A stretch of DNA of 64,000 bases. It comes from Nitrospira sp. (GTDB lineage Bacteria; Nitrospirota; Nitrospiria; Nitrospirales; Nitrospiraceae). Positions 28,108-38,047 of this stretch are shown here, one piece after another. The first letter of the stretch is position 1. Each line of letters begins with the position of its first letter. The position numbers and the translations under genes were made by a program. The DNA is taken from contig AP038806.1 in NCBI GenBank assembly GCA_047150005.1, positions 800,001 to 864,000 of the forward strand. Reading direction: 5' to 3'. The notes beneath the pieces were generated by a model, which was given only the letters and a program-made list of their open reading frames with translations, had not been told where the DNA came from and searched no databases.

Positions 28108-28815
28108 TCAGCTGGTCGTCGTCCGCTCTCCGGCGAAGAGAGCCCAGGCGTCGCGTGCCTGATCTGGAACCGCCGCCTCATACTCCCCGCAATCGAGTCT
28201 GAGCGACACATCGCCGAACGGCGCATTGACGTAGGAACAGTGGTGGGGCCGGTCCTGATCCGGGTACCGGTGCGGCTGGAAATATCGGCAGGATACGCAC
28301 ATGCGGGCCACCGAGATTTCCCCTTTGTTCTGCAACGTCCGGATAACCTTGGCAAGGGCCTTCAGCAGCGACGCCTGTTCTCCCGCCGGCAACAAGCTGA
28401 TCGCCGCGGCCAAGTGATCGGTGGCTCCGGCGACCGGACCACAGGCCCGCAAGCCCCGAGCGGTCAGTTCGACGGTCACGACCCGACCATCCTGCACCGT
28501 GCGGCGGCGGCGAACCAATCGCTTGCGTTCGAGCGTCGCCACGGCCTCCGACGCGGTCGGGAGTCGTACCACGAGTTCGTTGGCGATCGTCGAAACCTGG
28601 GCCGTTCGTCCGGGTCTGGACCGAAGGAGGGTGAGAATCTGCCGCTGCAGGGGGCCCAATCCGGGCCGTCCTTCCCGCCTCCAGCTGCGGCTTTTCATCG
28701 CCAGACCGATTTTTTCGAATCCGGACGCCAGTTGCACCACCGTCGCCTCGGAAGGTGGCGCGATGGCGTCGGACGATGTCCAGGCCGATTGATCGATCAT
28801 CTGCAATTCAGCCAT
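28108..28815 (-). CDS. MarR family regulator with a Cys-rich C-terminal domain
   Basis: PTASEAV-TLERK-LV-R...DGR...V-LT--G wHTH; MCVSCRYF...HHC...LRLDC. Confidence 0.85.
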   Translation of the reverse strand: MAELQMIDQSAWTSSDAIAPPSEATVVQLASGFEKIGLAMKSRSWRREGRPGLGPLQRQILTLLRSRPGRTAQVSTIANELVVRLPTASEAVATLERKRLVRRRRTVQDGRVVTVELTARGLRACGPVAGATDHLAAAISLLPAGEQASLLKALAKVIRTLQNKGEISVARMCVSCRYFQPHRYPDQDRPHHCSYVNAPFGDVSLRLDCGEYEAAVPDQARDAWALFAGERTTTS

Positions 28816-28906
28816 GGAGAAGTCTCACAAATGGCACTATTGCGCGCGCAGTCTAGTGTGGAATCGAGGTATTCGTCAACAGTCTTGTCCTCTGTATATT
28901 CCGGCC

Positions 28907-29284
28907 TCACTCACATCCGACCCGATACCCCTCCAGAATCGTTCCCTTGTCGTCGGCAATAAAACGCAACTGGCAATTGACGTTACCCCCGTACAAGGGA
29001 AGCAGGTTGTATTCATCCGCCTGGCCCGGCATCCGGTCGATGGCGAAATCCCACACCATTTCGGTTCTGCCGTCGGGAAGTTCGTGAGGATGGAGATTCG
29101 GAGGCCCCAATTCCAGATAGAGCTTCTGCCGATCCCCTCCGATCCATCGATTCACCACGTCGTCCCAGGTCTGGTACGGACCGCTGACATCCCGCTTGGC
29201 TTTGTCGGTCGCACATCCGATCTGCAATAGGATCAGGCATCCTGCCATGATCGCCCCCAGCGCCCGAACGTGCCGTCTCAGCAT
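28907..29284 (-). CDS. Hypothetical lipoprotein
   Basis: QIGC lipobox; WIG...L...LGPP pattern. Confidence 0.65.
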   Translation of the reverse strand: MLRRHVRALGAIMAGCLILLQIGCATDKAKRDVSGPYQTWDDVVNRWIGGDRQKLYLELGPPNLHPHELPDGRTEMVWDFAIDRMPGQADEYNLLPLYGGNVNCQLRFIADDKGTILEGYRVGCE

Positions 29285-29372
29285 GTTGCCTCAATCCTCA
29301 TGGGAATATCCTGCGCAGACCCCATCAACCAATGACGGTTTGAGTGTCGCAAATCTGGGGAGACCCGGCGAC

Positions 29373-30011
29373 TCATCGAGAGGAGGAAGGCTCCAGCGGA
29401 ACCCCACCGAGATCCCGATCGAGATCGACCAACACTTGCCGTGCCGCCTGGGAAAGCCCCGCCGCCAAGGCATCGGGAGACCGACCGGCCAGCGGCACCT
29501 CCTGACGGTAGGTGCGACGGAAGACCACCACTTCGTCCTTTCGGTCGTCGATCAGCATCATCTCCACGCCGAGTACCGCGTGCGGAGAGCCGCTGGCCCG
29601 ATAGTCACCGTAAAACTCCGTCACAGTCCCATTCAGCACGTGCGTCGGCTCGACGTGATTCATCCCGCTCAACACGAACCGGAACCGGTTCGACTTCGAC
29701 AGCCACCCCTGAAACTGCTGCGTCAGCAACACGCTCGGCGACACCAACCACTCGTTGTAGAAATCGTTGTCGTACTGCAATTCCCCCACCCGATACACCA
29801 TGGCCCGACCGGCAAACAGGGGAGAGACGCGGAACCGGCTGATTCTCAACACCGCAGACGCATCGGCGGCCGGCGGTTGTTGACCGGCGCCCACGTCCAG
29901 CACAAACGACCGCTTCTCCGGATAACTCTTGCTCAGATTGAGGCAGCCGCTCAGCACCAGCGACAGCATCGCGGCACAACACAGTCCCATCTTCGCGGCC
30001 CGATCGATCAT
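29373..30011 (-). CDS. ABC transport auxiliary lipoprotein (PqiC-like)
   Basis: LSGC lipobox; MVYR...YNEW--SP; last gene of the MCE operon. Confidence 0.85.
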   Translation of the reverse strand: MIDRAAKMGLCCAAMLSLVLSGCLNLSKSYPEKRSFVLDVGAGQQPPAADASAVLRISRFRVSPLFAGRAMVYRVGELQYDNDFYNEWLVSPSVLLTQQFQGWLSKSNRFRFVLSGMNHVEPTHVLNGTVTEFYGDYRASGSPHAVLGVEMMLIDDRKDEVVVFRRTYRQEVPLAGRSPDALAAGLSQAARQVLVDLDRDLGGVPLEPSSSR

Positions 30012-31021
30012 CGTGTCACCGCCTGCGACCGCGGCGGCGGCTCACCGAAGAGCACCTGGGAAGGATACCGCTCGACCGCCTTCGTGAGGTACCGCAACTC
30101 CTCCGATACAGAGCGCAGGTTTTCGAAGAGATCGTCGACCTTTTCCCCTTGCCCGACCAGGAGCGCGTCGACCCTGCGCATGCTCTTGTTGACCCGCGTC
30201 ATAAGGTCCGGGAGTTGCTCTGTCGCGAGTCGGACCGTCTTGGCCGTGTGGCTGAGGTCGTCGGCGGTCCGCCGGAAATCTTCGAGAGCCTTCGCGAGAT
30301 GCGGGCTGTCGAGGACGCGGCGCGCGTCTTGAACCGCGGATCGCAACTCCGTCATCACGTGTTTCGCTTCGGCTCCCAATTGCTCCGATTGCACATCCGT
30401 CACCAAACGCGTGACCGAGAGGATCATCGTGTCCAGGTCTTTGGTCACCCTTTCGAATTCGACTTGATCCAGCTTTCGCGCAATAGAGCGGAGATCGGCA
30501 CCCAACTCTGAAATCGTGCTCGGGGCAGACGGAATGTAGGGAGTCTTGGGCGTCCAGGAGATCGCCATGGGAGGATAGCGTTCGGGGTCGAGAAACTCCG
30601 ACTCGATGTACAGAACCCCCGTGATGCCCTGCGACGCCAACCGAAAGCGGAATCCGGCATCGGCCGCGATCTTCATGACCGTCTCTTCGTCTTCCTCCGG
30701 AAAGCGCACCACGACGCTGGGACGAACGGACATCCTCACCACCACCACACCCTTGAAGGGAAACGTCCCCTGGGTCTTCATGGGCAGCCCGTATTCTTCA
30801 CGAGCCAGGTGGATGGACTCGACCCGGCCCACCGGGACCCCGTGGATTCGCACCGGAGCGCCGACTTCCAGCCCCTGTACCGACTCGATGAAGTAGGTCT
30901 CGACCATCGTCTTGGTTTCAAACCATTTGCCCGCCCCCAAGATGATCACGGCAAGGACGGCCAGGCTGACCGCCCCAATGACGAACAGCCCGATCTTAAA
31001 GTATCGCGCCTTCTGGTTCAC
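30008..31021 (-). CDS. mlaD: MCE/MlaD family protein
   Basis: IGLFV TM; ESVQGLEVGAPVR-HGVPVGRV; L--QGITG--YIE; helical C-terminus ending PS-VLFG. Confidence 0.9.
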   Translation of the reverse strand: MNQKARYFKIGLFVIGAVSLAVLAVIILGAGKWFETKTMVETYFIESVQGLEVGAPVRIHGVPVGRVESIHLAREEYGLPMKTQGTFPFKGVVVVRMSVRPSVVVRFPEEDEETVMKIAADAGFRFRLASQGITGVLYIESEFLDPERYPPMAISWTPKTPYIPSAPSTISELGADLRSIARKLDQVEFERVTKDLDTMILSVTRLVTDVQSEQLGAEAKHVMTELRSAVQDARRVLDSPHLAKALEDFRRTADDLSHTAKTVRLATEQLPDLMTRVNKSMRRVDALLVGQGEKVDDLFENLRSVSEELRYLTKAVERYPSQVLFGEPPPRSQAVTR

Positions 31022-31051
31022 GATATTCCGACCGACCTCCGTGCCGCCTGT

Positions 31052-31822
31052 TCAGCCCTGCACCGTCGCTTCGCGGTTGAAGAACTGCCGGACCCATGGG
31101 TTGTCCGAATGATCGCGCAGCTCCTGCGGCTTCCCTTCGGCGATGATGCCTTTCGTCCGCTTGTCCAGCATGATGACGCGGTCGGCAATCGCGTCGATGC
31201 TGGCGAGCTCGTGCGTCACGACGACAAACGTAATGCGGAGCGTGCGCGCGAGACCGATGATCAACTGATCCAGTTCGGCGGACGTGATGGGATCCAGACC
31301 GGCCGAGGGTTCGTCCAGAAACAGGATGGGAGGATCCAGCGCCATGGCCCGCGCGATGGCGGCGCGCTTTCTCATCCCGCCGCTGATCTCGTCCGGTAAC
31401 TTATGGGCCGCCGATCCCAAGCCGACCAATTGCAGTTTCATCAAGGCGATTCGATCGACGGCCTCATCCGGCATGTCGGTGTACTCCTCCAGCGGCAAGC
31501 GGACGTTTTCGAGGAGGCTCATCGATCCGAACAGGGCGCCTTGCTGATACATCACGCCGATGCCGGTCAGGATCTTGAGCCGCTCAGCCCCTTCCGCGGT
31601 CACAATGTCCCGCCCCTGGATGAGGATCGATCCGTGCATCGGCCGGTGAAGCCCGATCATGTGCTTCAGCAGCGTGCTCTTGCCGGAGCCGGACCCGCCC
31701 AGAATCACGAACACTTCACCCGGATACACGTCGAACGTGAGATCGTCGAGCAACACCACGTCGCCGTAACCCGCCGTCACATGCGCCACACGGATGATCG
31801 GCCGTCCGCCGGACATGCCCAT
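31052..31822 (-). CDS. mlaF: MlaF-type ABC ATP-binding protein
   Basis: GGSGSGKST, QQGALF-SM, ISGGMRKR, FLDEPSAGLDP. Confidence 0.92.
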   Translation of the reverse strand: MGMSGGRPIIRVAHVTAGYGDVVLLDDLTFDVYPGEVFVILGGSGSGKSTLLKHMIGLHRPMHGSILIQGRDIVTAEGAERLKILTGIGVMYQQGALFGSMSLLENVRLPLEEYTDMPDEAVDRIALMKLQLVGLGSAAHKLPDEISGGMRKRAAIARAMALDPPILFLDEPSAGLDPITSAELDQLIIGLARTLRITFVVVTHELASIDAIADRVIMLDKRTKGIIAEGKPQELRDHSDNPWVRQFFNREATVQG

Positions 31823-31831
31823 ACGCTGCCC

Positions 31832-32968
31832 TCAAATACCCAGATAGTAAAACACCACTGCGAACACGCCGTCGACGATCGTAATCAGCACGAGTCCGCT
31901 CACGACGGCCCTGGTCGTCGATTCTCCCACGGCACTGGCCCCGCTTCGCGTCTGCAACCCACGCAGACAGCCGATCGCCGCCACGACGATGCCGAACACG
32001 AACGCCTTGCAGAGCCCGCCGATCATATCGCTCACGGTCACGGCGGATTCCACCTGAATGACGTAGGTCACGAACGGAAAACCCAGCGACCGCATGACGA
32101 CCGCTCCGCCGACCAGGCCCAGAAATCCGGCCCAGATCGACAAGAGCGGCGTCATGGCCACAGCCGCGATCAGCCGCGGCACGACCAAAAAGTCCACCGG
32201 CTCCAACCCCATGGTGACGAGGGCGTCGAGTTCCTCACTGACTTTCATCGTGCCCAGTTCGGCGGCAAAGGCTGATCCGGAACGTCCGGCCAGAATGATC
32301 GCGGTCAGCAGCGGGCCCAATTCGCGAAGCATCGAAAGGCCGATCAAATTGGCGACATAGATATCCGCGCCGAACTCGCGCATGGGAATTGCGGATTGAA
32401 AGGCCATGATCAGCCCCAAGAGAAAACCCAGCAGCGCGACGATCGGCAGGGCGTTGACACCCGCCAGCTCAGCCGTCAGGAACACATCCTTCCATCGCAC
32501 GAGGCCCGGATGCCGCGCGGCCCGCCCAAGCGCCGCGCACAGCTCGCCCACGAACGCGATTAAGGCCACGACGTCGCGCCACAGCGTGACGGTGGCACGG
32601 CCGATCTGTTCCACGGACGACCACCCCGGCGACGCCGGCTCGGGATGAGGGCGATCGGAGTGACCGTAGAGATCGAGGAGCGACTGAGCGGCGGCGTTGA
32701 GAGACCGAATCTCATACGATCCGCGACGATCCAGTTGACGCCTCTGCAGTTCCAACAACAGGGCCGCCCCGGCTCCGTCGCAATAGGTCAACCGCGCGGC
32801 ATCGACGATCACGCGTGTGGGGTTCGACTGTCTGAGCGCATGGAGCGCGGCTCGCCAGGCCTGGCCGGTGGTGCTGGTGTCGAGGGGGCCGTCGATGAAA
32901 AAAATGAGCCCGCCGTCGGCATCGGAATTCGCCTGGAGGACGACCTGTGCGGTCTCGGCGGATGCCAT
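31832..32968 (-). CDS. mlaE: MlaE permease with N-terminal STAS domain
   Basis: STAS-like DGAG; [35 protein letters not shown]. Confidence 0.92.
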   Translation of the reverse strand: [378 protein letters not shown]

Positions 32969-33207
32969 TACGCGCGCCTCTCCGACCATGAGGACAAAGA
33001 ATTGTACGAGAGACACGCGTGAGGATTCAACCGTCGTCGTGGAATTCAAGCTATTTCCCTAAGCACCACCTTGATGCTCCTGTCCGGGCCGGACCCCGCT
33101 CGTAACCGGCGGCATTGACGGCGGAAGGACGGGCGGCTAGAGTGTCGCCGCCGGGGAGACCAGTCCGGCACCCCGACTCCATCGTCACGAACCAGATCAG
33201 ACGCGTC

Positions 33208-35613
33208 ATGAACGCCTTACGCCCGATACCTGCACCCCGATGGACCGTTTCCCTGTTCGCCGCCTTGATCGTTGCGCTTCCGCCGTCGGTCTCCTCGACG
33301 CTGCCGGCCGACCCGCTCGGCATCACGAACGGAAACAGCACGACGTCGGCCGGATCGAAGCCTTCTTCCGATTCACATGGGACCCAGTCCCTCCTCGCGG
33401 ATCTCCAGACCAAGCTCGCCGCGGCTCAAAAGGAACTCCAGGAGACCGAAGCGACCGCGAAGCAGGGAAGCGCGCCGAACAGCGATACGCTCGAACGCCA
33501 GGCGCTGCTCCAGCGTCTGGTACGGGCGTACGAGCGCGAGATCGACCATCGGAAATCGCTTGAGCAGGCCCGAGAGCGGCGACAGGAAGCCGAACGCCGC
33601 GTCACCGAATGGCGGGGTTTCCCGACCCCTCCTCCCTATTCGATCCTGATGCTCGACGAACTTCGCGATGCCGCGCGCTCCACCGCGCTGGTCATCGAAG
33701 GATTGCAGGCCAAGCTCGCGCTCTCGGAGGGGTTCTCCGAGCGCGCGCAGCAAGCCCTGGCCGCCTCGGAAAAGGAACTGCGCCAAGCCTCCGAGCGACT
33801 GGAGGCCGCCCGAGACACGGCCGAAAAAGCGCGATTGAACGGGGCCCGTGACCTTTCACGTCTCCGTAACCGCGTCGCCGCCGCCACGGCGACCATGACG
33901 GCTGCGAGCAAGAGGCAGATCGAGGAAGAAACGGCCGAGATGCGCCAGCGGGCCCTCCTGCTTGAGCGGCAAATCCAGGTGGCCGCACAACATATCCTGT
34001 TCAGCGAGCAGGACCTTGCCAAGATCAAAAAGCAACTCGATGCCGACCAGGGGGCGCTGGAGAACGAGGTCGCGCGGGCGCTCGCGGAGATCCCTTTGCG
34101 CCAAGAGGCCATGACATCCACGGCCGCCAAGCTCCGCGCAAGGGAAGCCGCCCTCCCGCCGACCGGGGCGCGCACCGACAAGCAAGCCGGAGAGCTCAAG
34201 GCGCTCTCGGACGCCGTGGATCTCAGACGTCTCCAGTTCGACAACGTGAATCTCCGCATCGACATGCTCAGGCACTTGCTCGATGTCACGGAGCGGGTCC
34301 GACGATTCTGGGAGATTCGATTCGAGGCGGCACAGACGACCGATCCCGTGCGCGCGCGAGAGGCCTACGACAAGATCGCGCCCACCCTCCAGACCCTTCA
34401 TGCCTCACGCGACTATCTCCACCGCCAAGTCGATCTGCTCACCGGCCAAATCAGCGATGTCACCGCCCAATTGGAACAGCCCGCGTCCCCTTCGCATGCC
34501 GCCCATCTGCGGGAGATGATCGAGGCGTATAGACAACGGGAACAGTTGTACCGACGCATGCTGCCTCGCGTCGATGAATTCGCACAATTGATCGAGCGTT
34601 GGAAGATCGAGTTCGCGGAACAGCACCGCGCGCTGCCCATCGCCGCCAGGGTCGAAGACTGGAGGGTCGTGGGAGCCGACACGCTCCGCCGCATCTGGGA
34701 CTTCGAACTGTTCGCGGCGGAGGACACCATCGAAGTAGACGGCCAGTCCATCACGGGCCGCCGCAGCGTGACGGTGGGCAAGGCGGTGCGGGCCCTCGCC
34801 ATTCTGGTCGTGGGCTACTGGATCTGCCTCGTCATCGCCCGCCTGGTCGAGCGGTTGGCGGTCAAGCGGTTGGGCATCGACCATAACCTGGCCAATATCC
34901 TTCGCCAGTGGATGATGGTCCTGCTGTTTGCGATTCTTCTTGTCGTCAGTCTGATCTACGTCAAGATTCCTCTGACGGTCTTCGCGTTCCTGGGAGGCGC
35001 GCTGGCCATCGGCGTCGGCTTCGGCACGCAAACGCTGCTCAAGAACTTCATCAGCGGTATTCTCTTGTTGATCGAACGGCCGCTCCGCCTGGGAGACCTG
35101 ATCGAGGTCGACGGCGTGCGCGGCCGCGTCACGCACATCGGCTTCCGCTCCTCGACCATCCGCGAGGGCAACGGCATGGAAATGCTCATCCCGAACAGCA
35201 ATCTCCTGGAGAAAAACCTCAATAACTGGACCTATTCGACGGCCAAGACCCGCTTCACGCTGCGCGTCGGGGTTGCCTACGATTCGCCGACGGAGCGGGT
35301 CCGCGACCTCCTCTTGGAGGAAGCGGACCGGCACGGGCTGGTGCTCAAACATCCCGCACCGCAGGTCCTGTTCCGTGATTTCGGTGAGAATACGCTGCTG
35401 TTCGACTTGAGATTCTGGCTCGACATTGCCGCCGACGTGGACGCGGATATGGTGGCGAGCGATCTACGGTTCATGATCGCCAAAGTGTTCGGCAATGCCG
35501 GCATCGTCTTCGCGTTCCCGCAGCGCGACGTCCATCTCAAGACCGCCCAGCCGTTGCACGTGCAGGTTGTGGAAGCCCCGCGCGAGGCCGGCAATGTGGG
35601 CCTCGGACGGTGA
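33208..35613 (+). CDS. MscS family mechanosensitive channel with a large periplasmic coiled coil (MscK-like)
   Basis: GALAIGVGFG-Q--LKNFISGILLL-ERP-R-GD-IEV, IPNS, VGVAY, FAFPQRDVH. Confidence 0.9.
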   Translation: MNALRPIPAPRWTVSLFAALIVALPPSVSSTLPADPLGITNGNSTTSAGSKPSSDSHGTQSLLADLQTKLAAAQKELQETEATAKQGSAPNSDTLERQALLQRLVRAYEREIDHRKSLEQARERRQEAERRVTEWRGFPTPPPYSILMLDELRDAARSTALVIEGLQAKLALSEGFSERAQQALAASEKELRQASERLEAARDTAEKARLNGARDLSRLRNRVAAATATMTAASKRQIEEETAEMRQRALLLERQIQVAAQHILFSEQDLAKIKKQLDADQGALENEVARALAEIPLRQEAMTSTAAKLRAREAALPPTGARTDKQAGELKALSDAVDLRRLQFDNVNLRIDMLRHLLDVTERVRRFWEIRFEAAQTTDPVRAREAYDKIAPTLQTLHASRDYLHRQVDLLTGQISDVTAQLEQPASPSHAAHLREMIEAYRQREQLYRRMLPRVDEFAQLIERWKIEFAEQHRALPIAARVEDWRVVGADTLRRIWDFELFAAEDTIEVDGQSITGRRSVTVGKAVRALAILVVGYWICLVIARLVERLAVKRLGIDHNLANILRQWMMVLLFAILLVVSLIYVKIPLTVFAFLGGALAIGVGFGTQTLLKNFISGILLLIERPLRLGDLIEVDGVRGRVTHIGFRSSTIREGNGMEMLIPNSNLLEKNLNNWTYSTAKTRFTLRVGVAYDSPTERVRDLLLEEADRHGLVLKHPAPQVLFRDFGENTLLFDLRFWLDIAADVDADMVASDLRFMIAKVFGNAGIVFAFPQRDVHLKTAQPLHVQVVEAPREAGNVGLGR

Positions 35614-36673
35614 GGCCGCGTGCCGGTCAGCATGGGTTGCGCACGCGGACAGGCGGCCGGCAGCGGGAAGCATTCGTCTCACGCTCATAGTCGCCGCGGT
35701 GCTCTGGCTGCACGCTCCCGCCCTCGGCGTCGACTGGGTTCCGACCGATGCGGAAATGACCAGATACCGCGAGAGCTGGAATCCGCCGACGCACGGGACC
35801 ACGTTTACGTCCAGCGCAGACGTGACGAGGCAAGGACAGTGGTACGTCCGAGCCTATGTGCAGGGGCAAATCGGTTCCGGCCAATACGAAAACACTCCGA
35901 CATCGAACAGCACGGCCGCGCCGTTCAGCCCTGACGCCGTCGCACCGGCCGCCATCCTCTATTACGGGTTGACCCGCCATGTCAGCGTGGCGCTGGGTCT
36001 CTCATGGATCTACTGGCGGGCGGACAACCCGGATACCGAGGGGAGAACGTCGGGAGGAGGCATCGGCCCGACGAGTCTGATCTTCAAGTACCGGCCGATC
36101 GTCCAGAATCCGGATTCCTGGCGACCGTCGATCTCGCTCTACACCAAACTGTCGCTGCCGACGAATCACTGGTTCGGCACACCGGAAATCCCCGGCGGCT
36201 TTACACCGCTCTCACGCGTGCCGTCGAGCCGGTTCGAGGCGGCCGCGGTCACGGAAGGGCTGCTGTTCCGGAAAAATCTCGAGCCATTCCGCATCACCGG
36301 CAACCTGTTCTATTCCTACAATCTGCCCGGACCGAGTTCGACATCGGGTATGACCGTCTACGGCGGGGATTTGATCAGCTCTCACCTGGCGCTGGAGCAT
36401 GTTCTCGATGAACGGACCGGCTTCGGGTATCTCCTGGAGCTTGCGACGCTCAACCAACTCACCACCAGGCTGGACGGCCATCCCACCAATACGACGCCTG
36501 AAAGTTTCTGGCTCCTCGGTCTCCAACCCGGACTTGAATACACCTTTTCGCACTACGAATCAGGGGCCAAGCTTGTCGGCGCCATCGGCGTCATGTTCAC
36601 GATCGCGGGACAGAACGACATCCGCGCAATCTATCCAAATATCAGCTTCAAATACTTCTTCGACCAGAACTAG
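35594..36673 (+). CDS. Putative outer-membrane beta-barrel transporter (start uncertain)
   Basis: Signal peptide before LG-VDW; amphipathic beta pattern (YYGLT, GGIG---LIFKYR); C-terminal ISFKYFF. Confidence 0.65.
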   Translation: MWASDGEAACRSAWVAHADRRPAAGSIRLTLIVAAVLWLHAPALGVDWVPTDAEMTRYRESWNPPTHGTTFTSSADVTRQGQWYVRAYVQGQIGSGQYENTPTSNSTAAPFSPDAVAPAAILYYGLTRHVSVALGLSWIYWRADNPDTEGRTSGGGIGPTSLIFKYRPIVQNPDSWRPSISLYTKLSLPTNHWFGTPEIPGGFTPLSRVPSSRFEAAAVTEGLLFRKNLEPFRITGNLFYSYNLPGPSSTSGMTVYGGDLISSHLALEHVLDERTGFGYLLELATLNQLTTRLDGHPTNTTPESFWLLGLQPGLEYTFSHYESGAKLVGAIGVMFTIAGQNDIRAIYPNISFKYFFDQN

Positions 36674-36693
36674 CGTCTTGCGTCATCCTGTTC

Positions 36694-36896
36694 CTAGATT
36701 CCTGCGTACCATTCGTATCCCTGATCCTCCCAATACCCTCCCTTCCCGCCTCCGATCCCCCGAGGGATGAGACCAACTCGATCCGCTCGACGTACTTCGC
36801 GTGCTTGTACCCGAGCCGACGTTCCAGTCTCAGGCGCAGCGGCGCGCCGTGGGGAACGTCGAGTGGCTTGCCGTTCAGTTCGTAAGCCAATACAAG
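36694..36896 (-). pseudogene. C-terminal relic of an MsrP/YedY-like molybdopterin oxidoreductase, frameshifted
   Basis: LAYELNG-PL---HGAPLRL-----LGYK-AKY, then in another frame GGKGGYWEDQGYEWYAGI-stop. Confidence 0.8.
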
Positions 36897-37000
36897 AGGG
36901 AACAGGCCCTGAACACCCCCCGCACTAGACCGACAGCGCCCGATTTCTCTCTGGAACCGTCATGGTCACGCCTCGGGGCAGGTCAGGCAGACAACGGAGG

Positions 37001-38035
37001 TCAATGATGCTCCTTCCGGACCTTTCCCCAGAAGAGCCGATGCAAATAGGTCTGATACAGGATCACGAGAAGAAAGCCGAATAGAAACCACCAGAGACCG
37101 ACCTGAAGTCCGTAGGTTCCGGCTGTCGCATTCATCACCGTCAGGCTATGGGCCGGATCGGTCGTGGCGATCAGGATGTTGGGGTAGGAGCCCCAAGCCG
37201 TACCGGCGAGAAGGGCCATGATGAGCAAGCTCGATGCACCGAAGGCCGCCAACTCCTGCTCCGGCTTCCGCAGAAGCATGGTCGCCGCCAAGGAAAACAG
37301 GCCGATCGCAGGGAAGAGGTATCCGATCGGATGGGCTTCGTAATTCAGATGAAAGGAAGGTTGAACCGCGGCAATCGTCACCATGACCAGACCGATAAGA
37401 CAGGCGGAGGCCCAGCCGGCGATGGCTGCAAGACGCCTGGCCCTTTCACGCAGCTCGCCGTCGGTTTTCATCGCCAGGTAATTGGCGCCGTGCATCCCGA
37501 GGATGGCCAGGCTCGTCAGCGCCGTGAGGACCGTAAACCAGTCCAGAATGCCGGGGTCAGGACCCGGCGAGAAATCCGTCCAGAGTGCGACAAAAAAATA
37601 GCCGTCACGATTGATCGGCACGCCCCGGATCAAGTTGCCGAGGGCTGCGCCGAAGACCAGGGCCAAGAGCGAGCTCGAGCCGACCAGCGCAAGATCCCAC
37701 AATTGGCGCCACAGCACATGATCCACATGCGAACGGAGTTCAATCGCCAGCCCCCGCGCGATCAAGAGCCAGAGCACGATGATCAGGGCCAGGTAGAATC
37801 CGCTGAACCCTGCCGCATAGGCTTTGGGAAAGGCGAAGAACAAGAGTCCCCCGGCTGCGATGAGCCAGACCTCATTCCCGGTCCAGACCGGCCCGATCGC
37901 GGCAAGCGCCGTTCGTCGCTCCGGTTCGCTTCGCGCCACGAAGGGATAGAGCATGCCCAGGCCGAAATCATAGCCGTCGAGCACGACATACATCGCCAAC
38001 ATGAGCGTCACGATGACGTACCAGAACGTTTCCAC
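37001..38035 (-). CDS. cydB: Cytochrome bd ubiquinol oxidase subunit II
   Basis: YVVLDGYDFG-G, IGPVW-GNEVWL---GG-LF-AFP. Confidence 0.95.
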   Translation of the reverse strand: METFWYVIVTLMLAMYVVLDGYDFGLGMLYPFVARSEPERRTALAAIGPVWTGNEVWLIAAGGLLFFAFPKAYAAGFSGFYLALIIVLWLLIARGLAIELRSHVDHVLWRQLWDLALVGSSSLLALVFGAALGNLIRGVPINRDGYFFVALWTDFSPGPDPGILDWFTVLTALTSLAILGMHGANYLAMKTDGELRERARRLAAIAGWASACLIGLVMVTIAAVQPSFHLNYEAHPIGYLFPAIGLFSLAATMLLRKPEQELAAFGASSLLIMALLAGTAWGSYPNILIATTDPAHSLTVMNATAGTYGLQVGLWWFLFGFLLVILYQTYLHRLFWGKVRKEHH

Positions 38036-38047
38036 AGGAACCTCCCG